From contig NMRA01001002.1 in assembly GCA_002633005.1 (NCBI GenBank), forward strand, positions 1-64,000: a stretch of 64,000 nt of DNA, written 5' to 3'. Shown here piece after piece: positions 25,101-38,770 of this stretch. Source of the stretch: Phoronis australis. Taxonomy: Eukaryota > Animalia > Phoronida. The position numbers and the translations under genes were made by a program. The notes beneath the pieces are model-generated. The model had not been told where the DNA came from and searched no databases. It saw only the letters and a program-made list of their open reading frames with translations. The first letter of the stretch is position 1; each line of letters opens with the position of its first letter.

Positions 25101-27265
25101 TTTGTGCAACTTTCACGTATTTAGGAAATTTGAACACTAAGACGTTCACAGTCAAGTTGTTGTTACCACAGTTTCCACAAACGCACCTTTTCATGTTTGA
25201 AAAAGACGGCTCCCCGCGGACTTTCTTCACAACGCCTCAGTATCGCACTGGTAAAACAACAACGGCTGAGGCGGTCTTCCACCCATTGCGTACAAACTCG
25301 ATAACAGAAAAATATATTTTTAAAATTTTTAGATTGTTTCGTAGCAACAGGTGTATTAAAGGCTATTAAATCTGTTAAGATGTAATAATAAAATTCCTTT
25401 TTGAGACACAGGGTCATGGTGGCAACTCTTTAAGGATTTATTGAATCAAAACTGCTCCATTGACTAGTCCTTGAGTCAATTTGCCACGCAGGAAATGTTT
25501 GAACATGATAGTTGGTGTGAAAAGTGTAGTAACAATTTCCGTTCTGATCTTAATTCTGATTTCTTGCCTTCTGAAATATATGAGGTCATTGAACAATTGC
25601 CTATTTGCAAGGCTGGGGGTTATGATGAAGTCATCTTTGAAATGCTGAAGTGCACGAAGGTAATGATAGTGCCAGTCTTGCATAAGTTATTTAATGCAAT
25701 ATTTGATTCTGGGTATTATCCCAGACATGGTGTGACGCAGAGCTTACTCCAGTACACAAACAAGGTATTATCAATGACGAAAATAACTATAGAGGAATCT
25801 CCCTGTTGTCTGCTTTGGTAAACTTTTTACCAAATTTTTAAATAATCGTCGTTATTACTGGCTGAAAATAATGATAAACTTTATGAGTCTCAAACTGGGA
25901 TTAGAAAAGGCTACTCTGTGATTGACCAAGTGTTTATACTTCAAGCTATGTGCCACAAGTATTTGAGTCGGCAGGGTGGGAGATTTTATTGTGCTTTTGT
26001 AGATTTCTCGAAGGCATGTGATCGAATCCCACATACTTTAATATTCTATAGATTGAAAAACATTGATGTGCATGGTAATATTTTCAACATAATCCGCTCT
26101 ATGTATAGTAAGTTGCGCACTTGTGTGAAAACTCAAGATGGTCTTACAGAGTTCTTTGATTGAACTGTTGGTAGCTGCATGATCAGCCCAATATTATTTG
26201 TGTTGTATCTAAATGAATTTCTGGATCAATGGAGTATTAAAAGTAATATAAATAGCACATATCTCAGCAAACAAGTGCCAAGAGTTAACTCCCTACTGTG
26301 CGCAGACGACATGGTGTTAGGTTCCTCTACAGCCATCAACTTACAAGGTATGGTTAAATGTTTGGCAGAATTTTGAAAATCATGGGGCGTGCAAGTAAAC
26401 TTGAAAAAAAGTGGTCGTTTTCAGAAATGGCGGTCCCCTAAGACGATATGAGAAATGGTTTGACAATGGAACATTGGTTGATGTGGTCTCGTGGACCAAA
26501 GCCATTAAAGCCTTATCTAGTCAAGCAAATAAAGTTGCCTCTGCAATTTGTAAATTAAAGCGAAGATGTCGTGATCTGCCCCCGTCAATAGCCGTTCACT
26601 TGTTCGATGAAATAGTTTACCCCTCTCTGTGTTACGGCGCTGAGATATGGGGCTTTAAGGAATATGAACAATTGGAAAATGTACATATCAAGTTTTGTAA
26701 AAGCATTCTAGGAGTAGGCAGTTGTTGTTCAAAGTCGGCAATTTTGGGAGAATGTGGTCGATTCCAATTGTCTACAAAATATTTTGTTTCTTCTTTAAAA
26801 TACTGGTTCAAAATACTGGAGATGCCTAGTAATCGTGGGGTAAAAGCTGCATATGATATACTTTTTCAGTCAGACCTGACCGGAAGAACTTCCTATACTT
26901 GGGCAAGTTTTGTAAGGAAACTTCTGTCTGTGTATGTTTTTTTAGATGTATAGATTAATCAGGGATTGGTAAATCAAACGTATTTCTTGACTATTTTTTC
27001 TCAACGTGTCAACGACTGTTATTTGCAAGGTTGGCAATCTGATATCGAATGTAGCGCAAAACTGCCTTACAATGTGAGGTACAAAACAAAGTACCATCTT
27101 GAGAATTATCTAGAAACAGGTGGTATCCCACGTGTTTTTATCCAGTCTCTGACTCGATTGCGATGCTTTAAGCGATTTAACTTCGTAGCCTTTATCTACA
27201 TGTAATTGTTCTATTTTGCTGTATGTTACCAAGGATGCCCCAAAATAAACCTGTTTTGATTTGAA
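22150..27265 (+). mobile_element. Decayed near-full-length LINE, RTE-X-like (ORF1 plus endonuclease/reverse transcriptase ORF2)
   Basis: ORF1: LDDLENRS*RDNLIFQGIPE...RPIIAK...IFVTQDFS. ORF2: GDLNARTG, SLVDY, SDHLPV (endonuclease); YCAFVDFSKACDRI and LLCADD (RT); PSLCYGAEIWG and ILGECGRF. AATAAA then tttgatttga at the 3' end. Many stops and frameshifts. Confidence 0.9.
24280..25429 (-). mobile_element. Kolobok-type non-autonomous DNA transposon with a THAP-domain remnant, inserted in the LINE
   Basis: TTAA on both flanks (24276-24279, 25430-25433), terminal inverted repeats AGAGTTCCCACCATG / CATGGTGGCAACTCT. Minus strand reads MKRCVCGNCGN...FKFPK...KWHRFV...L*SAYFKESCF. Confidence 0.85.
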
Positions 27266-28587
27266 AAGTGGCTTAGTAACGTTTCAGCCTCGGCCCTGTG
27301 TTCCCCTCTCCCGAGATCCTCCACTCCTTAATTTAATTTCTATAAGGGTAATATGTTGGTGCTTCCTACGTATGCTTAGCGAAATCGCAACAAAAAACCC
27401 TTGACTTTTAAAGACAAAATGCATTATATCTGCCGCATGTTAGTGCTCGTGTATTACAAGTGGGGTGCTTAATCTCATATTTCCTTGATGCCCATCGAAA
27501 ATGAAGTAAAGTGATTTACATGTATTAAAGGCTGCAGACAAATTCAGTTTGTTCCAGGCCAAATGACTAGAAAATGTTACTTTACACATGTAGACAAAAA
27601 GTATTCCGCAGTGCAGGCCATGTCACAGTGAACCTGGTTTACAACAGTTACTCAGTTATAGAAGTTCCAGGGCACACAAGGTGGTATGGTTATTGAAAAT
27701 GTAAGTGAAACATATTGTGAGGTTTGCTGCAGTGTGGTTTGGCTATATTTTTTTAAGTACAGCAATTTTCAAAATCAATTGGACAACTTCAAAATTCAAC
27801 AAAGTTTCGACATACAAACTGCGACTATCAATTTCTTTTTGACAAGAATCCATTTTACATGCAAATCCCTCAGTCACGACAAAACCGCAACGAGTGTTTC
27901 TCCTTGCACTCTGTCGAAATCGTGGCTGCATACCATGCAATTCTGTTTCAAATTAAAAAAGCTTCTGGGTGCAATAACAACCAAGAATAAATTCTGACCG
28001 CCAAATAACTCTGGCAAGTGGGCAAAGATCTGTCAAAGTCTTTCCATTTCATTTTGAAAATTACTGTATCCTTGATAAAACAAGGCTCTCTTAAAAACAA
28101 CAAAATTCCTTTTTGTTGCTACTGAGTGTTCATGCATTCCTCAGACATTGCAAAAGCAAGAAGTTCATGCAAATCCATTAGTCTCTTGTAATACAGGCTA
28201 TGTATACTTCACACATCTTGCAACTTCAGTATCTGCTTTTCTATTAAAAATTTTGCAATCAAGTTGCTCTCAAATAACTTACCCATAGACCATAAAACGA
28301 TCATTGAACTTAGAATACAAGCTGAACTTGACCTGAAAGGTTGCAACTTGCATAACTTAGCTAGTACAGTGTGACAGAAAATATACTTTTACTTTGACAT
28401 TACACCTACAGTAACATGCCAAATAATTATAAGTGCCCTGCAAGAGGTTTCGTTTCAAATGTTGTAGCGTGAAAGTCAGTCAGCTGTGATAAAACAGGAA
28501 GGATCGTAAAGACCGATGCTATTCCATCAGATTACACATTCCTGTAATGTATGAGATGTATATGAGCCAGCAACTGAACTAAAACCT

Positions 28588-29800
28588 TACAGGAGCAATG
28601 CGGAGCGTTGAGATGCTCCCACGAATGCACCACAAACCATGAGCTTCTAGAGTTGTTAATTTGTATCATGAAAATGGCCACTAGATGGCACAAAATGTCC
28701 AATCCATCTGAAAATGCAACATGCCACCGCTTCTTTAACAGATAGCTATTTACCCGATTTCATAAAAATCTGTCGAGGAATTTCACAGGAAAACAGGAAA
28801 ACAAAAAAATTGAAATTGACACGAGGGGGCACAGCATCTGCCTGAAAGTTGTCTATTGTTAGCTTCACACAAATACACTTACTAAGTTTAATAAAGATCT
28901 GGCAGTTGGTTTAGGAGATACACAATGGGTGCAAAACAAAACTACCACTATGAGGCGCCACAGTATACAAAATCGTCATCATACTGAGAACATGCTTGCC
29001 AATTTTCAAAATCACCCCTAGACTGGCTTGGTTGATAGAGGTGGACGCCAACAGTTAGACTCACAATACTGACAGTAAAAATGGCCACTAGGTAACGCAA
29101 AGAGGATAGAGTTATCTCACTAATAGATGCCAAACTACCCGATTTTATGAAAATCCGTTGAGGACCTTTGAAACTACACAGGTAAATGTAAAAATTAAAT
29201 TGCCACTAGGGGGTGCAACGGTTGTCTGATCCATGCAAAAGTCGTCACCGTTCGTTGTCAACGTCATATGAATATACTTGTTGCATTTAGTAAATAATCT
29301 TGCAAATGATTTAGGAGAAACAGCCATGGGCACAAAAAAAACAATGCTACCACAGTATTTGAAGTCGTCGGAAAATCATCAGTCGCCCTCTTAACAGTAA
29401 GAACATCAACACCAATTTTAAAAAGCATCCTCAGAGTGGTGATAGAAGGGTGGACGCAGTAAAAATGGCCACTAGGAGGCACAAAGCACCTCGCATCTGT
29501 CACAAATGGAGGACGTCATCATCTCACTAATAGATGCCTAACTGCCAAATTTTATGAAAATTCATTGAGGACCTCCAAATATGTAGAGGTAAGCGAAAAA
29601 AATTGCCAATAGGGGGCACACCGGTAGTCAGAGAGGTCCGAAATTCGTCATTGTCCGTCGTCAGTTTGCTAGAAACACAACTGCCTAATCTCATCAAGTT
29701 CCTGAGAGGGCTTTAGTAGACACAGCTGCAGACGCCAGATGACGAACGGCTAGACAGATGAAGGCAATATGCAACCACATATAAAGATGTGGGCTCATAT
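28588..29800 (+). mobile_element. Helentron-associated (HINE-like) non-autonomous element with internal tandem repeats
   Basis: Repeated units containing AAATGGCCACTAG and TTTTATGAAAATCCGTTGAGGACC, a gacg/gaca-like tract, and a terminal hairpin ccacat-ataaag-atgtgg. Confidence 0.55.
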
Positions 29801-29899
29801 TCGAAAACGAAGCAGTGCTTTAGATGAAAGGCTCTGAACTCACTTATACCATACCATAACAATGTTTTCAATTAAGACGTGATACGGTCAATAAACTGC

Positions 29900-32800
29900 A
29901 CTACTTTAAACACAACAGGTACACATCTGTAAGTACTCGGTGAGTGCTGACAGCACCTCTGACTTCCGTTGACCAAATTCAACACCAACTGTACGACAAA
30001 TTTGTCTTAGGCACAACTTTAAGTTTTGAGAGCCCATTTTGTTTGAGCAGCTCACACAAATCTTTATCTCGGAACATCACAGGATGAAGCACACCCATTT
30101 CTTTCATTATATTTTCACGAACTTCTTGTTCCCATGCTTCTCTGTCATTGGCTACATCCTCCTCATCCTCATCGTCCCCTAACTGGTGTGTTTTTTCTGA
30201 ACTGTGAGTTTTGAAAAAAAGTTTGCAATTTGTTTTGATGTTTGCCACTCATTTACATTAAAGTTGGCACGGACTTGATGCATGCACTGGTCAGGGTTCA
30301 ATTTCTGGCCACTCTTCTCATCATCGTTGTAGATCTTTGTCAAGAACTGTCTAACACCAGCTGTCATTGGTAATCTTTTTTTGGAGGATTTAAGTGCCCA
30401 ACCCTTTTCCAGGGTGGACACACCAACGATCTCTTTTTCTAGCCTCTGAAACGAACATTTAAAAAAACATTGAAATTTTCTACCTAACACAGTATTCATG
30501 AAAAAATTGCATGGAAGATAATTCCATCATATATCAGACATGCTTTAGTATTACGCTGTGATCATTTCTATTTAAAAAATAGTTTAACAGTCTAGGGATG
30601 AAAATCAGTAAAAACTGATTTTCATCCCTAGACTGTTAAACACAGTGCAGTGCCATTTTTGAAAAGCATCGCTTTGCTTCATATTTTGGGTTGGAACCCG
30701 TTGTTTTTTATATGACAAGTTAGTGTTGCAAATTACAAGTAATCGAGAAACACTTCTGTATTTTTATAAATTAATTTACGTCCAACACACTTTGCCAAAA
30801 CAAAAAAGTTGCTCAATACTACTTTCCAAAGCAATGGCAAGTGCTCCAGTCAATGGCAAACACACTAATTTAATTTAAGAATTCCCCTGCTTTTATTTAT
30901 TCTCAAACATACACCCTCTTGCTTGGTATGGGCCCAACCCTCATGCCACTTAGTTCAAACCAGAGCTGCCTTGGGAAACTTCCATCATGGGATGCAAACG
31001 AATCCTTAACCAATTCTGTAAACTCCAACCCTGCGATACGAATCCCTAGACCTGTGCTCCTAATCTCCACTTTTGCATTGCAAAATATATTTACACAAGC
31101 ACCAAATTCCATTACCATGAAGATTTCTCATCTGAACTTCCTTTATAACATGATTCCAAGGACAGGAGTTTGGTCCAAGTGTATCGAGCATTTTTAGCTG
31201 GTATGGAGTTCAAAGGTCTGGAACTGCAAATTTCTTTCCTTTCTGCTGGTTGAGGATTGGGTTTTAGAGACCCGCAACTGGAATTTACAGGCAAGAACAT
31301 GGAACCATTTCCTCCATTGGTTCACGGATTACATGTTAGTATATCACATGAAGCAAAATTGTAATTTGTAATTTGTGTTTGCACCAGAATATTTGTAGAG
31401 CGTTAGGGGTTTTTGTACAAATGTTCAAGACAAGTTCATGTGTGCAGAGGCACAGTCTCATTTTCGGAGTAACCCAAGCCCACGGCTTACACACAAACAA
31501 ATGCAATCATCCAACAGAATACTAGGGATAGGATATTTAATTATGTGCTCAATTTTTTCATTACGGCACAAATTGTTTACCTTTTTTAACGCCAGAAATG
31601 ATTGCTGCCCATTTTTCTCTGATGCCGTCAAAAACTGTTTGGTTGTCTGCTTGCTTCTTCTCATGCCACCCTTCTTCAGTGTAGGCATCCAGCTCTGTCT
31701 TGGAGCCAAATGACAGGTGGCAATCAGGTTCATTACACTGAAATAGTTGAGACCTTGAGGTATCTGGCCACAAAGGTCTTGGAGAATGTTATACGCAAGG
31801 TTCGTCCAGCGTTGTCAGTTTGATGACTGGGGTGTCAGCAGGTAGCTTTACAACAGAACCTTTCCTAATTGTGTATGCGTTCCAGCACCTCACTCCTAAA
31901 AACAAGATTTATTGTAATTCAGAAACAAAGAAATGCTTTTACCTAAAGAGTAAATGACATAAGAACAACTCACTGATGACCAAGTGACACAAAGATTCAC
32001 CGCCAGTACCCCGAACATAGGTTCAGGATGGGCTCAAAAATAAGGTAAAAAAGGTCGCCAATAGACAACTATTTTATCCCCTATACTACACGTATTTAAA
32101 GGCACCAGCTACTAGTATGAACATCCTTTCTTTCATCAACTCCTAAAGTCCGCCAATCAATCTTAGTGACAATGGGTCAATATCATTTGGTAGTCATAAC
32201 ATTTTTAGTAACATGATGGTAAATTAAAAAAAAAAAAACAATGAGCACTTCATACCACTGGGTAGTGATTCACAGCTTGTGGGGCATTTTTTCCATTGCA
32301 ACTTACCAATTCCCCTGAAGCTTGATATAACGTGCCCTCACCAACAATCTACAACTACCACAAATAGGTGCAATCAAAAAGTAAGTTGCAGTTAAAATAA
32401 CAAACTAGTTTTTTATCAATTCTTCTCCATAGAATTCCAAAGAATCATACATAAATCACTAACAGACATTCTACTCTTGATGGTTCGACAAAAAACTGTG
32501 GTGGTCGACCCTAGGGCCTGTCACTTATTGGACATTTACCCCTAATATTTGTCCTTTTGCAAAGATTTGAGAAGCACTGCAACCAAAGTGCAAGAATAAA
32601 ATTTTAACTACCAGTGTAAAGATAATGGATTATATAACAATCAGGATATAAGATAGTGACTAACTGCGAGGAAACAGGACAAAAGCTTGCCACACTCACG
32701 TTGCACTTTGGATGCAAAAACTGTAGAATGAGTGCAGCGCCATGTTAACTCAATCTTTCTGAAGTGGGTCTCTCTTGGTTTGGCAGGAACGTTAACGTAT

Positions 32801-34935
32801 TACAACACAACAGTCACCTAAATTTGCTATTTTATACCACTTGGTCAATGTCATCACCAGTCTGTATGAAGGCCTCTAACTTACTCGTCTAGAGACATTA
32901 GCTCTTACCATGATTGGTTATGACGCAAGAACAACACCAGGTTCAAGACTCGATCACAGCAGATGACCCTTCTTCACTGATAACCAAAGCCATTGTATGA
33001 AGACGAGTGAATTGCAAATCACGGCCTGTATACTGCCCTTACTGGTATGCCATACTGCATCCAGAAATCACAACATCTTACGCTCACATGCAGAGACAGA
33101 TCCAGGGTTTTGAGTTAGGGAGATCCAGGGCAGAGTTTTAGCCAGGATTTTGCCCATCAGACAGTCAGACATTCACATCCTGGAACTGCGCAATGGAATC
33201 TGGGAGAATTTTAGGGGGGTATGGCCCCTTGCCTCCCCTCCTCTAAATCCGCCACTAATATTGTGCTGCATGGGTAAATGGATGCACTGTGTCTGGGACT
33301 AAGAGTCTATGAGCGATCAGAAGGTATAATTTTGGCCTTGATCCAGCAGGAGTTACCAAATTTGATATGTGCCGTAAATTATAGTAGTTCTGCCTTCTGG
33401 TTAAATCAATTTTCGACAGAGGCTCAATGAGACATCAAACTAGAAGGTGAATACAGTAGGACAGTGTGCTTGCATGATAATTAAAATCAACAAAGATTGT
33501 CTCAATACTGGTGTAACGTTATAAAAAGTCATCAATGGCACAGATGTATTCAACAGGTGAGCCGACGCTGAGGCACTGGGTGGGGGCGGGGCGAATGAGC
33601 CAGAAAGATAAACACAAAATAGAAATGATTCGCCACTGGTGGAAAACTTATCACCAATGACTACGTCTATGCCAGAGACGAATCATAATTACAAAATTAG
33701 TAATGCTTTACAAGCTTTTACATCTCTCACCTGTGCCAATGGGTAAGATCTCATTTCTAAAACTTTTTACAACACTTGCGAACTTCATGGTCACCGGTCT
33801 GCTCGACTTGGATGCAGTTATGCCTCCACCCCTTCGACCATGATGACCTGGATAACAACAGTGTTTCTTCTGCCGAAGCCCCAAGCCGAAGTCCAAGCGG
33901 TGTCGGAGACAAACTGTTCAAGCTCGTCTAGTTGCTCAAATCCTCCTCGATTCATAAACAAACAACTGCCATTCCTCACTGTCTTCAGACACTTTAATTT
34001 GTTTCATATGGCTCGCCGTATTATTTTTGCAGCAACTAACCAGTAACAGGTTCCTTTGTTCGCCCACTGTTGAGCATTTACAGCTTGACCTTCCTGCAAA
34101 CGAACAGCTGAAGCCGTCTGCTACAGCCATTTTGATTTGTGCTAATCTCGAACCAAAAGGCTCTGAGATGAAAGCCGATATAGCTGACCCTTTCGCCCTG
34201 TGTCATGCTATTCATCAAGTGCGTTTTGGACGTTGACTTATTACATCACAGTGCAAACTACAAGCATCACGCCGAATATACCAAAATTAGCAATTTATGA
34301 CCGTTTACTAGCGACGCTTCAAGGGAATTTTCGAAAATTCACTACGGCCGATCGTTTCAAAATTGGGAGCGTGGGGTAAGTTTTACCAATATTAGCAATG
34401 GATGAAATAAAAGAGCGAAGTCCACTTCAAGCATAAATCCATATCTAGTTTTTTGGGTAAACCTCTGCGATTCCTAAAAATAAGTCTTTGAACTTGGACA
34501 AAAATCACGTTTTTCGTACACCTTACTTCACTTTCCTCACTAGAACGATGGTAAATCAACAAAGAAGGCCAAAGAAGTCGTTTAAATTTTTTTATTTGGA
34601 CAAAATACAGTTATTTTTAATAGCCAATGGCTTTTTAAGGCTAATTATCCAATGTAACAGCAGATGAAGCGGAAGACATTTGCCTGTTTTTGAGGTACAC
34701 TCTAGTGTCAAGTTTCTTATAATTAACGGGAAAAAACACAGTTTTTGTGACTTTTTGAAAACCGAACCTTCCGCAAAAAAATGCAGTATAACAACCTATA
34801 TGATGGTTAAATGCAACATGCAAATTATGAGCTCCATGATACTGCATCCGCCAACATTTGCAGATTCTGCCAAAAAGCCCGTCTTAAGTGATCGTTTTTT
34901 GTCATTCTCCCACGACGTATAAATTTGATTCTCTC
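29900..34935 (-). mobile_element. Decayed, intron-containing DNA transposon, tentatively Sola3-like; catalytic core not seen
   Basis: Minus-strand remnants in order: Cys/His-rich N-terminus (34130-33708), GVRCWNAYTIRKG, a C2H2-like LFQCNEPDCHLSF, and GWALK...FL...QIANFFSK (30499-29979). Candidate end 5'-GAGAGAATCAAATTTATACG flanked by TTAT at 34935. The other end was not found. Confidence 0.6.
30582..30641. repeat. Perfect 28-bp inverted repeat with a 4-nt loop
   Basis: gtttaacagtctagggatgaaaatcagt-aaaa-actgattttcatccctagactgttaaac. Confidence 0.95.
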
Positions 34936-35423
34936 ATAAGAACTCCAGATAGCCTACTTATTAAATTCGTCCATCATGTTCTCAAGCGTCATAATGTATT
35001 ATGCAGCTTGAAACGTCGCACCTAACAATGTTCTGTATTGTACATGATATACTTGGGGCCTATGGCCATGTGTATATAAATCATATAACTGTCCATTAGT
35101 GTTGCTCATAATCGCCACTTTCATCATCACAGTCATCGTCGTCGTTCATTTCGCCTAGTGTTGCTCAAGTTTGTAGGTAGGCTAGCACTGAACGGTCAGG
35201 CCGCGGCCACCGGGCATTTTCTAGTGCTTACAATTGAGCGTATGTCTGTTTTACCATAATGTTTTATTTCACGTTCTTTTCGAAAATTATGAAAATTATT
35301 TTTGTTTTCAAAGCAGGGGAAGAATTGTGATCAGATTTAAATGCAAATGGCTTATTGTACGCGTACGTGCTAACCAGTATTATTACATATAATTCAACCG
35401 ATATTACAATATACGTATATTTA

Positions 35424-36405
35424 AATCGCCTATGAAAATCTTATTATAAAGATGTGGATTTCCGACTCTGTCCCAATTTTTGTACTTCAGGGTGACCTAA
35501 AAGGGCTGGTGGGTTACTTGTTAAATCCATGTTGTCATGTCTCTTAGGAGACATTTTTGTTAGTGCATCTGCATTGAATAAATTGATGTTTTTGATTAAT
35601 TTTGGCAGATTTCACAGATTTCCGTACAACTTCCAGGCTCAGATTTAGAAATTCTAGAGGTAATTGAAAGTATTTTGTCTGCATTAAACTCACCATTCTA
35701 ACACAATGAGTCCTTCGTTGATTACCACCATTGCCACGATGGAAGCTAATTCCTAGTTTTGCAAGCATTTCACACCATCACTTGTTGATGTCAGAAGCTC
35801 AGGGTGAACATACAATACTTAATAACTTCCTTTAATTTTATCACTAATCGGCGGATTTAGGTGGGCAGGGGCTGGCGCAAGCAAAATGAAACACCATTAG
35901 CGCGACGCGTGAGGCACTGTAACTAGTACTGGTACTGGAGAAGGGGGGTCTCAGACCCCAGATCATGGAGAGCTGTCGTTCCCGTTTCTTATTTCTTTAA
36001 TTGTTTTAGTCGATAGATTTCCCGAACAGAAAATACATACTCCTGGTCCCCGCACTTCAGTTTCGGGACGCCTGTACACATACAACCGCGCTTTGCCCAA
36101 TTCCCCGAGGTTACATGTAAAGCCCCCTTCTGGTCCTTGATCCGCCGCTGGAACAGTACCACAAGACGTCACCACTAGTTTCTTCATCATTTGTATCATC
36201 ATCACCAATGTCTCACGGACAATTGTTGCTGTTCTTGTATTGTTATTAGTGCACGGCAAAGATCTACTAAAGTTTGGTCAAGTACTGGGCTAATAAACAA
36301 ATTGCAGTTCAGTGTGGGAACGTCAATAGCGTAATTAGTTCACCTGTCAACTGTGCTTCTTCTGCTAGTTTTATTTTAATCGCACAGTGAACCTTTTACG
36401 TTCAC
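35424..36405 (-). mobile_element. RecQ-like helicase fragment, copy 2, with the same nested MITE (35850-36150)
   Basis: Direct repeat of 2741-3726; reads VLYVHPELLTS...VVINEGLIVLEW|gtgagt. Confidence 0.65.
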
Positions 36406-36439
36406 ACATACATTTACAATTTTAAAATAACAATAATGT

Positions 36440-37080
36440 CAGGTCTGTTTTCCTCCAATTAGCCCGTGCCTTCGATATGGTCCCACATCACCTACTTATT
36501 CACAAATTAAGATCGTTTGGAATATCTCGTAGTCTTTTAAGTTCATTGGAATCTCATCAACATAATCGCATCTAAAACGTGCGAATTGATGGTGTATATT
36601 CATTGACTTCATTTCCGCTTGATGTGAATGCTGTTGTGCCCCAGGACAGTGTTCGTTGCCCATTACTTTTCCCTTCCTGACAATATCCTATGAAAAACGT
36701 ATCTATTCGCTTATGACACATATTTATTCCCCCCATTCCCTAAAGACAATCCGTAACTATGTATGAGGCATATTCCTAGATCTCAAAAGATGTCTCACTC
36801 TAGACTGCATTCTGGTCCTTACCTAACTCTAATGAATTTCGACACAACTTCACAGACGTCCATCCGTTGTGCAATTGTCTGCAAGTTAAAACTTAAATTC
36901 ACTTTCTCTTGGACTGTCTAATTAATTCTCAGCAACACAAGGGTCTCCTCCAGGTCATCAAAAGTAACTGTGATGCATTCTCTACACTGAATGAATCCCA
37001 CATTTTTCTAGACAAAGCCCATATCTTCATCATTTTTTCAAGTATTTTCGGTGTTGTAACCAATCTTATCCTGGTAAATC
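36440..37080 (+). mobile_element. CR1/L2-clade LINE fragment (RT and C-terminal pieces)
   Basis: VFLQLARAFDMVPHHLLIHKLRSFGI...VVPQDSVRCPLLF, then FRHNF...CNC.QVKT.IHFLLDC. Confidence 0.8.
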
Positions 37081-38149
37081 TGTAGCATCATTTGTTAATC
37101 ATTACCTGTTGTGATATTAATGTAATGTTCATCAAAATCACTTTACGCTTTTCTCTTTTTTCTTATTGTTGTATACAATGATATCAGTTTAATCTTATTA
37201 ATCATTGTGTGTTCGTTGCCCAAAGCCCGGATATCATGCTAATTGCGGTTTCCTGGCAGAGTTCAATAGTACTACATATTTGTGTAACTCTTAATATATT
37301 GTTACCTGTTAAAGCGACAAGACTATGTATTTAGTCAAGTACATACGATGTTGTTTAGCTTCAAGTCACATGATCCGTTTTCAAACTTTTAAAATCATGT
37401 TGATTAGGTTAGTGACTGGGTGTTTTGACTTTGTGTTTTCTGTGGTATGTTCTCGATTGGGTACACAAAGGGCTTGGGTCAGGGAAGGTTCATGAAATTG
37501 CTTGCTTTTATCTTTTGTACCCTATTATGCATTGTAAGTATGCGACTAGGCCCACGAAGACTCACTTTGTCAAGAACAAAATCCAACAGAGGGACTAAAA
37601 AATACTTCGAAAATCATCCAATCGCCATCCTTCTTGAATGTTGGCTGTTATCAGATTTCTATCATCCGTATTGTCAAGCTGGCGCAGAAACTAAACGTAA
37701 CTGGGTTGAAACAGCTAGAGCAGCAAGCTTTCAAATTTGAGGTGCAATCACACTTTTGCATAAATATGTATCCTATGGAATGTATTGATCAATGTTATAT
37801 GTGTACTCCTCAGGCTTTCTATTTGTATGATTGTAATATTTTTAAAGGTTCATCGTATTGTGCAAACCACTGCACTAGCAATTACTACACGACTTAAGCT
37901 ACAGTGACAACATGTTAAGAGTATTGAACCACGTGCAAAACATCACTTAGGCTGAGGCGGCAATTGATGTTCTGTCTCGTCACATGCAGGTATGCTTTGA
38001 ATACAAGGCAAGAAACACTCTAACTTCTTAACGCAGTAGGACCGGTTTCTACATAGCGTTTGTGTTATCAAGTCGCTCTTGTTGTTTTCTTTCATCAGTA
38101 ATCACACAAGTTTGATAGGTAACTAAACTGAAACCTGTAATAAAAACAT

Positions 38150-38770
38150 TTGCTATGTATCACTAATAATATGCCTAACGAAATTCTAAAATTATGCTGT
38201 CTTGAAACTTCATCAATAATCGACCATTGTTTCTTTGAAAAACATCAACTAGTTTCCAAATGGAATTTTCTTGAAAAAGACATTCATCTTCATGTTAAAC
38301 TACAACTCAAAAATAATCTGTTGTGTTATTGTCAGCCTCGCATAAGTATATCTGAGGATTCATCATCTTGATGGGACAATGCTGACTGGGTGGGGTGAGT
38401 CTCACCAGCTATGATTGTCATCCAAGGTGTACTTGTGGCACATGCTGAGAAGTGTCCATTACAGTGAAACGATCTATAAGAAGCAACCTCTCATCTGTAT
38501 TTTGCTTATGCCTGCGAGTATTTCTTAGAAAGGCAGTTTTGTAAATCCAGTTAAGCAGCCTCACTTTGCACACATGTGACTCTGTGAAAAAGAACACTGC
38601 TGATACGACACTTAGAATAATCATATATCTTTCCTTCCAAAGCTTTGGCTCTCACCCTGCAACATCCTACTACACTGTAGATCCACACCTGTGCAGTCTG
38701 TGACAGAGCGTTGTTTCATTTCATAATGGTGCTTAGATTTGTCAACGCACGCTTGAATCCATAACAGTTA
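38150..38770 (-). pseudogene. Possible Crypton-type tyrosine recombinase (DUF3504-like) remnant
   Basis: Frameshifted pieces HCPIKMM...IYL...DYF and FFKKIPFGN*L resemble the CPV..Y..K / WY...P.G.N.L region of this family. Confidence 0.3.

Noticed and set aside
35195-35226. Helitron 3' end (GC-rich stretch then CTAG-T)
   Set aside because: The hairpin is imperfect and no 5' end or second copy is visible.
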